Assembly (NCBI GenBank): GCA_964459225.1
Contig: CAYWKB010000001.1
Span: forward strand, 32,356 to 96,355
From: an uncultured Candidatus Saccharibacteria bacterium
GTDB lineage: Bacteria; Patescibacteriota; Minisyncoccia; Phycocordibacterales; PALSA-1337
DNA length: 64,000 nucleotides
Direction: 5' to 3'
In this document: one piece after another, positions 40,224-50,425 of the stretch
How the letters are laid out: every line of letters starts with the position of its first letter
How positions within the stretch are numbered: the stretch's first letter is position 1
Notes under the pieces: model-generated
What the model saw: the letters and a program-made list of their open reading frames with translations, nothing else
Databases searched by the model: none
What the model was told of the DNA's origin: nothing
Position numbers and translations under genes: made by a program

Positions 40224-41216
40224 TTATTTACGTAAACTATTAACATAATTATATACTATTGCTGACAATTCAGATATAACAGATTCTAATTCTTTAAAGT
40301 CATGACCTTTAGTCATAATACATATTAGGTATGGTCTTTGTGGATAATATACTATTCCACAATCATGTAGCTCTCTATCTTGTACCTTATTATCCTCTAA
40401 TTCATAAGTATGTTCACCAAATTTATGAGCTACAACAATATCTTTTGGAATACCAGAAATTATACCTTTATTAAAGGTGGTCTTTGTTAGTAAATCTAAT
40501 GCCTTTTCAGACATTTCTCTTGATAGATATGTAGAGTTATACAATGCCCTAAGTAGGGATGAATACGATCTAGGTGACATAAACCCATCTACATCATCCA
40601 AATTATTTGCTAGTGGCAACTGAAATGTTTTATATGCCTTATTAAAAATGTTTTCACTATCCTGTTTATCAAATATACTAAGTACAGTATTGTCAGAATA
40701 TATAATCATCTGCTTTATCAGCTCGTCAAATGTGTAATTTCCAACACTTAATATTTTTTCTGGTGGATAATTTTGCCCATAGTCTTTATCGTATTTATAA
40801 AACAACTTCTTTGAGAGCAAACCTTCTACATCCTGTGATTGTCTGTAATAACTCATCATTCCCAAGACTTTTAACATACTTGATGGATGATATTTAAAAT
40901 CCTCATTAACTCCAGTCCAGTGACCAGAGTTCATGTCTCTATAATATACTGAGATTGACTCAGCCTTATTTTCTTTTGTGCTTTTTTTAATATAATTCTG
41001 TAAATCACTATCTAAAACACTAAACTCATCTTCATAAAAAAGCTTACTGATTCTATAGAATAATAGTGGGTTTATATACTTATAATCTTTTGAATTTTCT
41101 CTGACTTCAACTGGTATTGGTGCTTTATATTCAGTTCTACAATAAATAATCCCAATAAATATTCCGACTATAAGAATGGTAATAAATGATAGTATTTGTA
41201 TTCCGGTTTTTTTCAT
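40224..41216 (-). CDS. Serine hydrolase, class A beta-lactamase-like
   Basis: SMLK (SxxK), YSDN, HKFG, HDCGIVY; N-terminal TM. Confidence 0.85.
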   Translation of the reverse strand: MKKTGIQILSFITILIVGIFIGIIYCRTEYKAPIPVEVRENSKDYKYINPLLFYRISKLFYEDEFSVLDSDLQNYIKKSTKENKAESISVYYRDMNSGHWTGVNEDFKYHPSSMLKVLGMMSYYRQSQDVEGLLSKKLFYKYDKDYGQNYPPEKILSVGNYTFDELIKQMIIYSDNTVLSIFDKQDSENIFNKAYKTFQLPLANNLDDVDGFMSPRSYSSLLRALYNSTYLSREMSEKALDLLTKTTFNKGIISGIPKDIVVAHKFGEHTYELEDNKVQDRELHDCGIVYYPQRPYLICIMTKGHDFKELESVISELSAIVYNYVNSLRK

Positions 41217-41360
41217 ATTTTCTTTATAACTGTATTTATATTTAGATAATTATATACCTATTATTACAATACACAATCAAAACTTTAGACAAAACAAAAA
41301 CCACCCGTTAAGGTGGCTTTTGTACATCATTTTAACCCGATGTTAGGAGATTAGAGTGAA

Positions 41361-43199
41361 TTAGAACGCAACTAGAGGTGTAGTCAATGACTCTAGACCA
41401 TAAGTTATACTGTATGTTCTTGGAGTTGCAATGTTTGTAAGATCTGTAAAGTAAACTGAACTGATCTTAACTGTACCTGTCTTTGTTGTGTTATCACGTG
41501 TTGTATCGATTGTACTCTGGTATGTGAATGTTCTTGATCCACCAGCTGGGATAACATACATTGTTGATGTATCTCCTGAAACAACTGCCTCAGACACAAC
41601 TGTGTTTGCCCATGGTTGAGTTGTTGTAGCTGCAAATGTTGTTGTTGTTCCTAGAGCGATGTTTCCATCCTTTGAAACATACAAATCATTTGTACCTGTG
41701 TTGTTAAACTTGAATGTGAATGCGAATGTCTTCTTAACAACAGCTGAGTTACCGTTATCAACAGGAGTAACTACTACTGGTGACACTATACCTGTAACTG
41801 AAGCTCCGTTTGAAAGGAATGTCAAGTCACTTGATGTAACTGTATTAGCTCCTGAAGCTGTAACTGTTGTGTAATTACTATCAACACCAACAATGTTTGT
41901 TGTGTTTACTGTAATTGTTGTTGAAGCTATTGCTCCGTTTACAAAATCATCCTGATCAGCAACGTCTGCCATCAATGTGATTGTCTTCCATGAATCTTGT
42001 GGTAGATCTATTGTTAGATTTGAGAACACAGATGATGTAGCAACTGAATCTACATTGTACTTTGTAGCACCGTCAACAATGTACAATCTCTTGAACATAG
42101 TTGAGAAAGCTCTGTTTCTACCATTATCCTTCAATGTGAAAGTTAATGTGTTGATTGTAGAAGCTCTATTTTCTGACTTAAAGTCATATCTTCCAAGAAC
42201 AACATTTGATGTTTCACCAGATGTTGATGTTGTTTGTATACCTGTTGAAGGTGAATTTGGAGCGATCTTTACAAGGATGTTTCCTGTTGATCCTGATGAT
42301 GACAGTGTAGCTGTTCTACCTGTTGTACCAGAAACAGCAACTGTTCCTAGACCGATTGAATCTGTGTATCCCTTTCCGTTAAGAGTTCTGATTGAACCAT
42401 TTGGAACTGATACTATTACAGAAACATCTGATGATAGCTTGTCTGTTGTAGACAATACTGTTCCAGAAACAACCATTGTTCTGTCTGTACCTGGTGTAAC
42501 AACTGCATTGATACCTTCGAATCTTACTAGGTAGTCTGATCCAACTGTAATTTCAGTTGCGTCAGCTGCACTTGAAAGAGCCTTTGTAGCAACTACTGTT
42601 CCGTTACTATCCTTCAATGTAATTGTACTGAAGTACAACCATGGACGTGTATTGAATCTTACATCGAATCTTGTAACTGAAACTGGAGCAGCTGTAGCTT
42701 GAAGCTTAACAGCAACCAAGTCCTTTGTCTCACCCTTCTTTATTGTTACGTTTGATGCATAACTTGATAGAGAAGCTGTAAGAGATCCGTCTGTACCATC
42801 CATTACTAGAGCAGTTGGAGTAACTGGTGTTACTACTGTTCCTGGATTAGCTGTACATGTAAATCCTACTGGACATGCTGTTGTTGAAACTGTTGCTGAT
42901 GTTCCATTTAGAACTCCTCTTGTAAGAGGTCCTACGAATCCTGTACTTGGAAGACCAACACTAGCTTGATATGCAGAAACTGCTGACTTTGTCTGTGAAC
43001 CAAAGTATCCTGGAGCTACTGCCTTTGAACTAACAGCCTTGATATCAAAGCCCTTGCTTATAAGAAATGCTTGTAGAGCAGATACGTCTGCACCTGTACT
43101 ACCAACACTTAGATTTGCGTTATATGCTGCATTAACTGATGCTGCTCCTACGAGTGCAACTGTCAAAGCTATAACACTTGAAACTATAGTTTTCTTCAT
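41361..43199 (-). CDS. Thr/Ser/Val-rich surface (S-layer-like) protein with N-terminal peptidoglycan-binding domain
   Basis: Signal peptide; LSVGSTGADVSALQAFL...GYFGSQTKSAVSAYQ...TGFVGPLTR; strongly biased codon use; terminator ~41291-41323. Confidence 0.8.
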   Translation of the reverse strand: MKKTIVSSVIALTVALVGAASVNAAYNANLSVGSTGADVSALQAFLISKGFDIKAVSSKAVAPGYFGSQTKSAVSAYQASVGLPSTGFVGPLTRGVLNGTSATVSTTACPVGFTCTANPGTVVTPVTPTALVMDGTDGSLTASLSSYASNVTIKKGETKDLVAVKLQATAAPVSVTRFDVRFNTRPWLYFSTITLKDSNGTVVATKALSSAADATEITVGSDYLVRFEGINAVVTPGTDRTMVVSGTVLSTTDKLSSDVSVIVSVPNGSIRTLNGKGYTDSIGLGTVAVSGTTGRTATLSSSGSTGNILVKIAPNSPSTGIQTTSTSGETSNVVLGRYDFKSENRASTINTLTFTLKDNGRNRAFSTMFKRLYIVDGATKYNVDSVATSSVFSNLTIDLPQDSWKTITLMADVADQDDFVNGAIASTTITVNTTNIVGVDSNYTTVTASGANTVTSSDLTFLSNGASVTGIVSPVVVTPVDNGNSAVVKKTFAFTFKFNNTGTNDLYVSKDGNIALGTTTTFAATTTQPWANTVVSEAVVSGDTSTMYVIPAGGSRTFTYQSTIDTTRDNTTKTGTVKISSVYFTDLTNIATPRTYSITYGLESLTTPLVAF

Positions 43200-43463
43200 A
43201 ATAAATTTTATAATTAAATAATCTTTCTTTCGGTTAATTAATAATGTTGAAAGAAAAATCATTTATAAACTGATAAACCTACTGATAATTGATAATCTAA
43301 TTTCACCATTTCCCAATGCCTTGTTATCGACACAAGGCAAAAGGATTAGGCTATAAGGATTTTAGTCTGAATTTCTATCTTTAACTAACAATAAAGGTAT
43401 GGGTAAATTCGGTATTTATAACTCAATTAAATTGTCAACGAACCAAAACCGTAACTGCAGAAT

Positions 43464-43509
43464 ATTATACATCTAAATGTACGTAAACTGCAAAAGTTAT
43501 GTGGATAAC
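43464..43509 (-). promoter_or_regulatory. Promoter of surface-protein gene with adjacent DnaA-box-like site
   Basis: TTGCAG...TATAAT (43464-43469); TTATCCACA at 43500-43508. Confidence 0.6.
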
Positions 43510-43675
43510 TAGGGGTTTTTGGCCATAAAGACCACATCGGTATATTACACAAAATAAGGTCGAAAGTCAATAATATACAGCTCATAATATATATAGTGTG
43601 GGATCAATTGATAATATGGCTAATTTAAGCCATATACCGGTATTTAAGATCAGGATATGATCTTGTAATCAGAGT

Positions 43676-44335
43676 CTATATTAATGAATACTTACTCCAT
43701 CTCCTTTCCCCCTCTTTCTTGATTAAACCCCTAGTAACCATATCTGTCAGCTCCCTTTGTATGGTCTTTTCACTGCAATCTGTTATCACTTTAACGAAAT
43801 CTTTTATGGTCAGATTTGAATTATTTTTTAATAGATTTATTATACTTTCCTGCCTATCTTTTTTAGGCATTTTGCCTATAGTATTTGAAGTATTTTTAAC
43901 ATTAAAACTTGATGATTTATTTTGATTATTTTTAAAATTATCTATAGACATTTCACCACTATTGTCAGTAGCAAAATAACTATTTGAAAGTACATATCCA
44001 GATAGCTCCTCCAGTGAATTGCGATTTTTCTCAATGTAAAGTTTTAATTGATTTAATTCAGTAGAGATTACATTAGTATTCATTATTGAAACCTGCTTTG
44101 ATAACTCCAAAATCTTAAGTAATGAATTAATCTTATTCAAAGAATTAATAAAAAGGTTATAAGCATAGTCCTTTTCGCTTGTTATTGGTGAATACATAAT
44201 ATGAGAATTAGAGACAAAGCTTATTGCCTCCTCGCGTATCTCCCACTTAATACAGTCACTGTCTTTTATGTTGTCTGTGATTAAATATATTGCAGATACG
44301 ATTCTTTCTGACTTTTGTACTATATAATTACTCAT
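43676..44335 (-). CDS. Hypothetical protein with C-terminal DeoR-like HTH
   Basis: RQESIINLL...LTIKDF...CSEKTIQREL...GERRWSKY. Confidence 0.8.
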   Translation of the reverse strand: MSNYIVQKSERIVSAIYLITDNIKDSDCIKWEIREEAISFVSNSHIMYSPITSEKDYAYNLFINSLNKINSLLKILELSKQVSIMNTNVISTELNQLKLYIEKNRNSLEELSGYVLSNSYFATDNSGEMSIDNFKNNQNKSSSFNVKNTSNTIGKMPKKDRQESIINLLKNNSNLTIKDFVKVITDCSEKTIQRELTDMVTRGLIKKEGERRWSKYSLI

Positions 44336-44532
44336 GTCTTTAATAAAATATATTATGTCTTTTTTGATTACAAAATTAAGTAATCAATGTCTTTTATAGC
44401 AAAATCAATATTTTATATGTCCATTATATAAAGGACGCAATCATATTGCAAAGAAATAATATTCTATGACATGCACAGTGAATAATTACAATGGTTATTT
44501 GATATAATATGTTATTATTATTTAATAAATAT

Positions 44533-46743
44533 ATGGCAAATAAAAAGAAAATTATTGATAGTGGTATTCCAGTAAAAAAGGAAACCAAACAAACTGTCTT
44601 TGCGGTATTGTTTTTTGTTCTAGCATTGCTATCAATATTATCTGCCATAGATGCTGCCGGTAAAGTTGGTACTTATGCATACAAACACCTAGCAATACTA
44701 TTTGGAATGGGTTATTTCCTTATACCTATTTCTTTTATAATGACCGCTATCGCTTTTATTATGGGTGTTAAAGCGGAATTCAAAATATCAAAAATAATAA
44801 GTATATTTCTGTTTTTCTTTTCTGGTTTAGGACTTATGGGACTACTTGTTGCAAATGAGGGCGGAATTGTTGGTAAATGGATACTATATCCTTTTATTAA
44901 TTTATTTGATGTTTATGCAACCGCAGCGATACTTATAGCATGTATATGTATTTCAGTGATTATAACTTTTGAAATGCATATAACGGCTGAGAGTTTAAAA
45001 TTTTGGAAATGGTTCCATAGGGATGAGGATGAATTAGAGTCAGTGGATACTGTTGATATTGAAGATGATGAATTTTCTGATATCAAATCAGAAAACCGCA
45101 TCAACAAAGCAGTGCAGGATGTAGAAAATAATATAAAGAAAAATGAAAAAGCAGAAAAGATAGCAAAAGATGAGGTTCAAGATATTGTAATGAGTAAATC
45201 ATATATCAATAAAGAGTTTACTCCTCCACCACTTTCATTACTTGAAAAAGACAAGGGTAAACCAGAAACTGGAGATATAAAAGCTAATGCAAATATAATA
45301 AAAAGAACTCTACAAAATTTCGGTATCAGTGTTGAAATGGATGAAATATCTATTGGACCCTCAGTTACAAGATATGCATTAAAGCCCGCTGAAGGCGTTA
45401 AACTCTCAAAAATAGTCGGACTAAATAATGATCTTGCCTTGGCACTTGCCGCACATCCGATAAGAATAGAGGCCCCCATACCAGGCAAATCACTAGTCGG
45501 TATCGAAATTCCAAATACCACAAAGACCACAGTGGGACTTGCAACACTTTTGGGTTCTGATGAATATCAAGGTTCAGATAAACCATTACTTATTTCACTG
45601 GGTAAAGGTATTTCAGGTAAATCATTTTTTTCAAATCTTGCAAAAGCACCACATATGCTTATAGCGGGTACAACTGGTTCTGGTAAATCAGTAACAATTC
45701 ACGCGATTATAACCTCTTTGCTATTTAGAAATTCTCCTGAAAATCTAAAATTCATAATGATTGATCCTAAAAGAGTTGAATTAACTTTGTACAATAAAAT
45801 CCCTCATCTCTTAACACCAGTTATAACTGATGCAAAAAAGGCAATTTTGGCACTAAAGTGGGCGGCAAAGGAAATGAGTAGAAGATACGATATATTAGAA
45901 AAAAACACAGTAAGGGATATTGATTCATATCACAAAACTGTTTTGGCTCCAGCATTAAAAAACAAAAAGTCAGGCGATGATGAAACCAAATTACCTGAAT
46001 CGATGCCTTATATCGTAATCGTATTGGATGAATTGGCCGATATTATGCAGACATATCCAAGAGAGCTTGAATCAGCAATAGTAAGACTTGCACAAATGAG
46101 CCGTGCTGTTGGTATACATTTAATACTATCAACACAAAGACCTAGTGTTAATGTTATTACAGGGTTAATCAAAGCAAATGTACCAACAAGAGTTGCGCTT
46201 CAAGTTTCTGCACAGATAGACTCAAGAACTATTTTGGATACTGGAGGAGCTGAAAAGCTATTGGGTGCAGGAGATATGCTCTATCTTGGCTCTGAAATGT
46301 CAAAACCACAGAGATTACAATCAGCATATATCACTGAGCGTGAAGTTAAAGAGGTAGTTAAATATCTTGCTGACACATATAAAGATGAAATTATGGGTGA
46401 AATAAATCTAGCAGTACCTGAGGCTGGCAAAGATGCCATATTTGAGGCAAATTTTGATTCTGATAGCGAAGATTTAGGAGATGAAGATGAATTACTAGGT
46501 CAGGCAAAACAAATTGTAGTTGAAAGCGGCAAGGCATCTACTTCATGGTTACAAAGGAAATTAGGCATAGGATATTCAAGGGCTGCCAAATTAATTGATT
46601 TACTTGAGAGTAAAGGTATAGTTGGTCCTGCCAATGGTTCAAAACCAAGAGAAGTTTATGGAAATGATTCTCCATCTCAATCAACTGAAGATATATCAAG
46701 TACAGGCGAAGACACAATACAATCAAATCGTGATAGTATCTAA
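44533..46743 (+). CDS. ftsK: DNA translocase FtsK/SpoIIIE
   Basis: N-terminal TMs; GTTGSGKS, DPKRVEL, DELAD, TQRP, gamma domain LQRKLGIGYSRAA. Confidence 0.97.
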   Translation: MANKKKIIDSGIPVKKETKQTVFAVLFFVLALLSILSAIDAAGKVGTYAYKHLAILFGMGYFLIPISFIMTAIAFIMGVKAEFKISKIISIFLFFFSGLGLMGLLVANEGGIVGKWILYPFINLFDVYATAAILIACICISVIITFEMHITAESLKFWKWFHRDEDELESVDTVDIEDDEFSDIKSENRINKAVQDVENNIKKNEKAEKIAKDEVQDIVMSKSYINKEFTPPPLSLLEKDKGKPETGDIKANANIIKRTLQNFGISVEMDEISIGPSVTRYALKPAEGVKLSKIVGLNNDLALALAAHPIRIEAPIPGKSLVGIEIPNTTKTTVGLATLLGSDEYQGSDKPLLISLGKGISGKSFFSNLAKAPHMLIAGTTGSGKSVTIHAIITSLLFRNSPENLKFIMIDPKRVELTLYNKIPHLLTPVITDAKKAILALKWAAKEMSRRYDILEKNTVRDIDSYHKTVLAPALKNKKSGDDETKLPESMPYIVIVLDELADIMQTYPRELESAIVRLAQMSRAVGIHLILSTQRPSVNVITGLIKANVPTRVALQVSAQIDSRTILDTGGAEKLLGAGDMLYLGSEMSKPQRLQSAYITEREVKEVVKYLADTYKDEIMGEINLAVPEAGKDAIFEANFDSDSEDLGDEDELLGQAKQIVVESGKASTSWLQRKLGIGYSRAAKLIDLLESKGIVGPANGSKPREVYGNDSPSQSTEDISSTGEDTIQSNRDSI

Positions 46744-46745
46744 GC

Positions 46746-47102
46746 ATGAATAGATATGAATTCAAGAAATTAATAGCTGCTGTTATTTTTGTCCTAATTA
46801 CTTTTTTTATACTTGGATATGTGTATTTTGCATCAAGAGACTATATCAAAGGCCCATCGATTGAAATAACTGAACCAGAAAACGGTATATCAACAAGCAC
46901 ATCAACAGTAAAGGTTCTAGGTAAGGCACTTAGGATTAAAGAAATAACATTAAATGGTAAACCCCTACTTATCGATAAACAAGGAAACTTCAATGAAACA
47001 CTTTTACTTGCCCCTGGTTACAATGTTTCAATGATAAATGCTATAGATAAATTTAATAGAACTATTGAATACAAATTAGAACTTGTCTATAAAAAAGATT
47101 AG
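46746..47102 (+). CDS. Membrane-anchored small Ig-like domain protein
   Basis: TM then GPSIEITEP...LNG...LLAPGYN...DKF. Confidence 0.7.
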   Translation: MNRYEFKKLIAAVIFVLITFFILGYVYFASRDYIKGPSIEITEPENGISTSTSTVKVLGKALRIKEITLNGKPLLIDKQGNFNETLLLAPGYNVSMINAIDKFNRTIEYKLELVYKKD

Positions 47103-47157
47103 TAGATTGTAGTAGAATATATGTAGTACCCTGGAATTATTTTTAATAACTATACAT

Positions 47158-48276
47158 ATGGCAAAGAAAACAAAAGACGTAAAGGAAGAATTGAATGAAG
47201 TTGAAGAAAAATTTGAAGAATTAGATAGTGAAGGTGAAGAAATAAAAAATAGCAAAAACAAAAAGGAACAGAAAAAAATAGATCATGCAGGTGGTATAAA
47301 CTCTACTCTTGATGCAATACGTTCAAAGTTCGGCGATGAGTCTATAATGAAGCTTGGTGATAAGCCAAAGGTAAATGTAAATGCAATTCCTACAGGCTCA
47401 ATAGGACTTGATGCAGCACTTGGTATAGGAGGAATGCCTAGAGGAAGAATAGTCGAAATATTCGGCCCAGAATCATCTGGAAAGACAACATTATCATTAC
47501 ATGTAATCGCTGAAGCACAAAAGCTTGGTGGTATATGTGCTTTTATTGATGCTGAGCATGCTATGGATCCAGATTATGCAAAGAGACTTGGTGTTAAAAC
47601 AGAAGAATTACTAATATCACAACCAGATACAGGAGAACAAGCCCTTGGTATTGTTGAAAGTCTTGTGAATTCAGGAAAAATGGACGTGATAGTGATAGAC
47701 TCTGTCGCAGCCCTTACTCCAAAAGATGAAATCGAGGGAGATATGGGAGCATTTCATGTTGGAAAGCAGGCAAGACTTATGTCACAAGCTCTAAGGAAAC
47801 TCACAAGTATAGTAGCAAAGTCAAAGACAGTTGTGATATTCATCAATCAAATAAGAATGCAAATAGGAGTTATGTTCGGTAATCCAGAGACAACACCAGG
47901 AGGCAAAGCATTAAAATTTTATACTTCAGTAAGATTAGATATACGTAGAATAGCACAAATCAAAAAAGGAGAAGAAATAATGGGAGGTAGAGTGCGTGTG
48001 AAAGTAGTTAAAAACAAAGTCGCTGCCCCATTTAGGCAAACTGAATTTGATTTAATGTACAATGAAGGAATATCACAGGAAGGTGAAATCATAGCTCTAG
48101 GTGAAAAGATGGGTATAATAACAAAATCAGGTACATCATATTCATATAAAAAGGAAAACGATGAGGTTAAACTAGGTAGAGGATATGATGCGACAAGACA
48201 GTTTTTAAAGGAAAATACACCCATCAAAAACGAAATCCTAAAGAAAATAAGAGTAGAACTTGCACAAGCCAAATAA
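47158..48276 (+). CDS. recA: Recombinase A
   Basis: [33 protein letters not shown]; acidic N-terminal extension. Confidence 0.98.
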   Translation: MAKKTKDVKEELNEVEEKFEELDSEGEEIKNSKNKKEQKKIDHAGGINSTLDAIRSKFGDESIMKLGDKPKVNVNAIPTGSIGLDAALGIGGMPRGRIVEIFGPESSGKTTLSLHVIAEAQKLGGICAFIDAEHAMDPDYAKRLGVKTEELLISQPDTGEQALGIVESLVNSGKMDVIVIDSVAALTPKDEIEGDMGAFHVGKQARLMSQALRKLTSIVAKSKTVVIFINQIRMQIGVMFGNPETTPGGKALKFYTSVRLDIRRIAQIKKGEEIMGGRVRVKVVKNKVAAPFRQTEFDLMYNEGISQEGEIIALGEKMGIITKSGTSYSYKKENDEVKLGRGYDATRQFLKENTPIKNEILKKIRVELAQAK

Positions 48277-48287
48277 TGGTGTAATAT

Positions 48288-48875
48288 GTGAATACTATGT
48301 CAATGTTAGAATATAATGAAGTTGTAGAAAGGAAATATATAGTTATGGATGGTCAGCCTTATGAGGTTATTTCTTCTCATGTTTTCAGAAAACAACAGAG
48401 AAAGCCTGTTAATGCTACTAAGCTTAAAAATCTTTTTAGTGGAAAGGTAACAGAATATTCATTCCATGTATCTGAAAAGGTTGAAGAGGCAGAAATAGAA
48501 TCAAGAGAGGTTAAGTATTTATACGAAAATAAAGGAAAAGGTGAATATTGGTTTTGCCTACCAACAGATCCTAGTAAGAGATTTAGTTTTACAGGCGACA
48601 AAGTTGGTAATCAAATCAAATACATTAAGCCAAATACAATAATCACAGAATTAATGTTCCGTGAACAAACTATTGGTTTTAAAATCCCTATAGTAGTAGA
48701 GCTTAAGGTTACAGAAGCCCCACCAAATGTTAAAGGTGATAGTGCAACAGGTGGAAATAAAATCATTACACTTGAGACAGGAGCAACAATAAACGCACCA
48801 CTCTTTGTAAATGAAGGCGATATCGTTAGAGTAAATACTGAAACTGAAGAATATAAAGATAGAGTGGGTAAATAA
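48288..48875 (+). CDS. efp: Elongation factor P
   Basis: P-VKGDSATGGNK...LETG...PLFVNEGD; start may be ATG 48297. Confidence 0.92.
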   Translation: MNTMSMLEYNEVVERKYIVMDGQPYEVISSHVFRKQQRKPVNATKLKNLFSGKVTEYSFHVSEKVEEAEIESREVKYLYENKGKGEYWFCLPTDPSKRFSFTGDKVGNQIKYIKPNTIITELMFREQTIGFKIPIVVELKVTEAPPNVKGDSATGGNKIITLETGATINAPLFVNEGDIVRVNTETEEYKDRVGK

Positions 48876-48884
48876 CATATAAGT

Positions 48885-48924
48885 AAAACAAAAACCGAGA
48901 TTATCTCGGTTTTTGTTTTGTTTG
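48885..48924. terminator. Bidirectional terminator between efp and rpsR
   Basis: AAAACAAAAACCGAGA-tta-TCTCGGTTTTTGTTTT. Confidence 0.85.
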
Positions 48925-48940
48925 TATTCCCTTTTTACTA

Positions 48941-49144
48941 TTACATTGCTACATATGGAAGTAATCCCATAAATCTAGCTCTCTTAACTGCAATAGATAA
49001 TTGTCTTTGACTTCTTGCACATACTCCTGTCTTTTTCCTACTAATCATACGAGCATGAGGATTAAGAAACTTTTTTAGTATTTCAGTATCCTTATAGTCT
49101 ATATGCTTAATATTGTTTTGTAAAAAATAACACTGTTTATTCAT
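48941..49144 (-). CDS. rpsR: 30S ribosomal protein bS18
   Basis: IDYKD, QRQLSIAVKRARFMGLLPY. Confidence 0.97.
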   Translation of the reverse strand: MNKQCYFLQNNIKHIDYKDTEILKKFLNPHARMISRKKTGVCARSQRQLSIAVKRARFMGLLPYVAM

Positions 49145-49167
49145 ATTTTTAATTTATTTTAATAATT

Positions 49168-49632
49168 TTAGAATGGTATATCATCTGGATTAATTTCTTC
49201 TTCTGGATAATCTATTGTATCTACTGGAGCATTATCCTTTGTATTATCTTCAGATGCTGGCATTCCCTTTGCATCCTTTGATGGAGATGATGCTACTGCA
49301 CCTGAACTCTTTGGACCAAACTGTATTTTATCTGCTACTATTTCTGTTCTGTACTTTTTTTGTCCATCCTGACCGTCCCATGTTCGTGTTTGAAGTCTTC
49401 CTTCAACATATACTCCACTTCCTCTCTTTAAGTATTGTCCGACTATTTCAGCCTGACGACCAAATACAACAATATTGTGGAAATCAGCTGCTTCTTTTTT
49501 TGCACCTGATTGATCCTTCCAAACACGATTTGTTGCTACACTAAATGAGCAAACTTTACTTCCTGATGGCAATGCTTTTATTTCTGGATCTTTGGTTATA
49601 TTTCCATAGATCATTACTTTGTTTAAGTACAT
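49168..49632 (-). CDS. ssb: Single-stranded DNA-binding protein
   Basis: NKVMIYGN, EGRLQTRTW, C-terminal DDIPF. Confidence 0.97.
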   Translation of the reverse strand: MYLNKVMIYGNITKDPEIKALPSGSKVCSFSVATNRVWKDQSGAKKEAADFHNIVVFGRQAEIVGQYLKRGSGVYVEGRLQTRTWDGQDGQKKYRTEIVADKIQFGPKSSGAVASSPSKDAKGMPASEDNTKDNAPVDTIDYPEEEINPDDIPF

Positions 49633-49658
49633 ATTTTTTAGAGTTAAGTTAATAAAAA

Positions 49659-50147
49659 CTACGCCTCTTTCACCATAGCATCAATACTTTTATCCATTTC
49701 TTCAGTTAATACAACTGGAGCTGCTTCTACACCCTCCACAACCTCTACATTTACATCTGCTTGAGGTTCTGGCATTGGCTCTGTAGACTTTTTGCCCAAA
49801 TATGTATTTTCCTTAACTGTTGTTATAAGCAACATACGGAGCATATTTACATTTTCCTCAAATGCCTTTTTAACAGCTTCGATTTCCTTTGTGTCTAGCT
49901 CAAATTTGAACCATCCAAAGTATCCCTTATCAAATCTATGATTTGTAGGGCCTATCTTTTTAATCATTGTATAGGCCAATGTTCTAAGCTCTGGAGCTTC
50001 TTCCCCTATAAATTGAGCGTTCTTTTTTGTTAAAATTTCTTTTAACTTTAAGACCTCAGACTCAACTTTTTCTTCTGGTATGCTTGAAACAAGCAAATAA
50101 CCTATTTCATATACCTGAGACTTACTTTCCTTTAAATTTTCCTTCAT
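49659..50147 (-). CDS. rpsF: 30S ribosomal protein bS6
   Basis: YEIGYL, LAY, LRMLLI; rpsF-ssb-rpsR synteny. Confidence 0.92.
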   Translation of the reverse strand: MKENLKESKSQVYEIGYLLVSSIPEEKVESEVLKLKEILTKKNAQFIGEEAPELRTLAYTMIKKIGPTNHRFDKGYFGWFKFELDTKEIEAVKKAFEENVNMLRMLLITTVKENTYLGKKSTEPMPEPQADVNVEVVEGVEAAPVVLTEEMDKSIDAMVKEA

Positions 50148-50349
50148 TTGTTTATACCTAATGGTAATAGTGACAGTAATTTACCCTCATTTCTAAAAGA
50201 AATTTAGTAAAGCATGGCCCGTGCTATTGCCAAGACTGTTCACGTTATGTAGTTGATAAAATGCACGTAAATGCAGATTAACATGTTAATTGATGGAAAT
50301 CAAGGTATTAACCATGGTGAAATGGTTAAATAAACGATAACAAATTGAA

Positions 50350-50406
50350 ATGAAATCCGTATAAAATATTAATAAAATCTAAATGAAATTTTTATTAAGA
50401 TTTTAT
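50350..50406. repeat. ~57-bp dispersed repeat, copy 2
   Basis: Matches 39956-40012. Confidence 0.75.
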
Positions 50407-50425
50407 CCTGATCAAAAGTTATTAT

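Noticed and set aside
41405-43221. Antisense and alternate-frame ORFs in the surface-protein gene (similar ones in pyk, ftsK and pil genes)
   Set aside because: Shadow ORFs expected from biased codon use
43490-43680. Possible oriC
   Set aside because: Only one DnaA box and no dnaA/dnaN nearby
50150-50290. Possible S6:S18 leader RNA upstream of rpsF
   Set aside because: Position fits but I could not establish the consensus structure by eye
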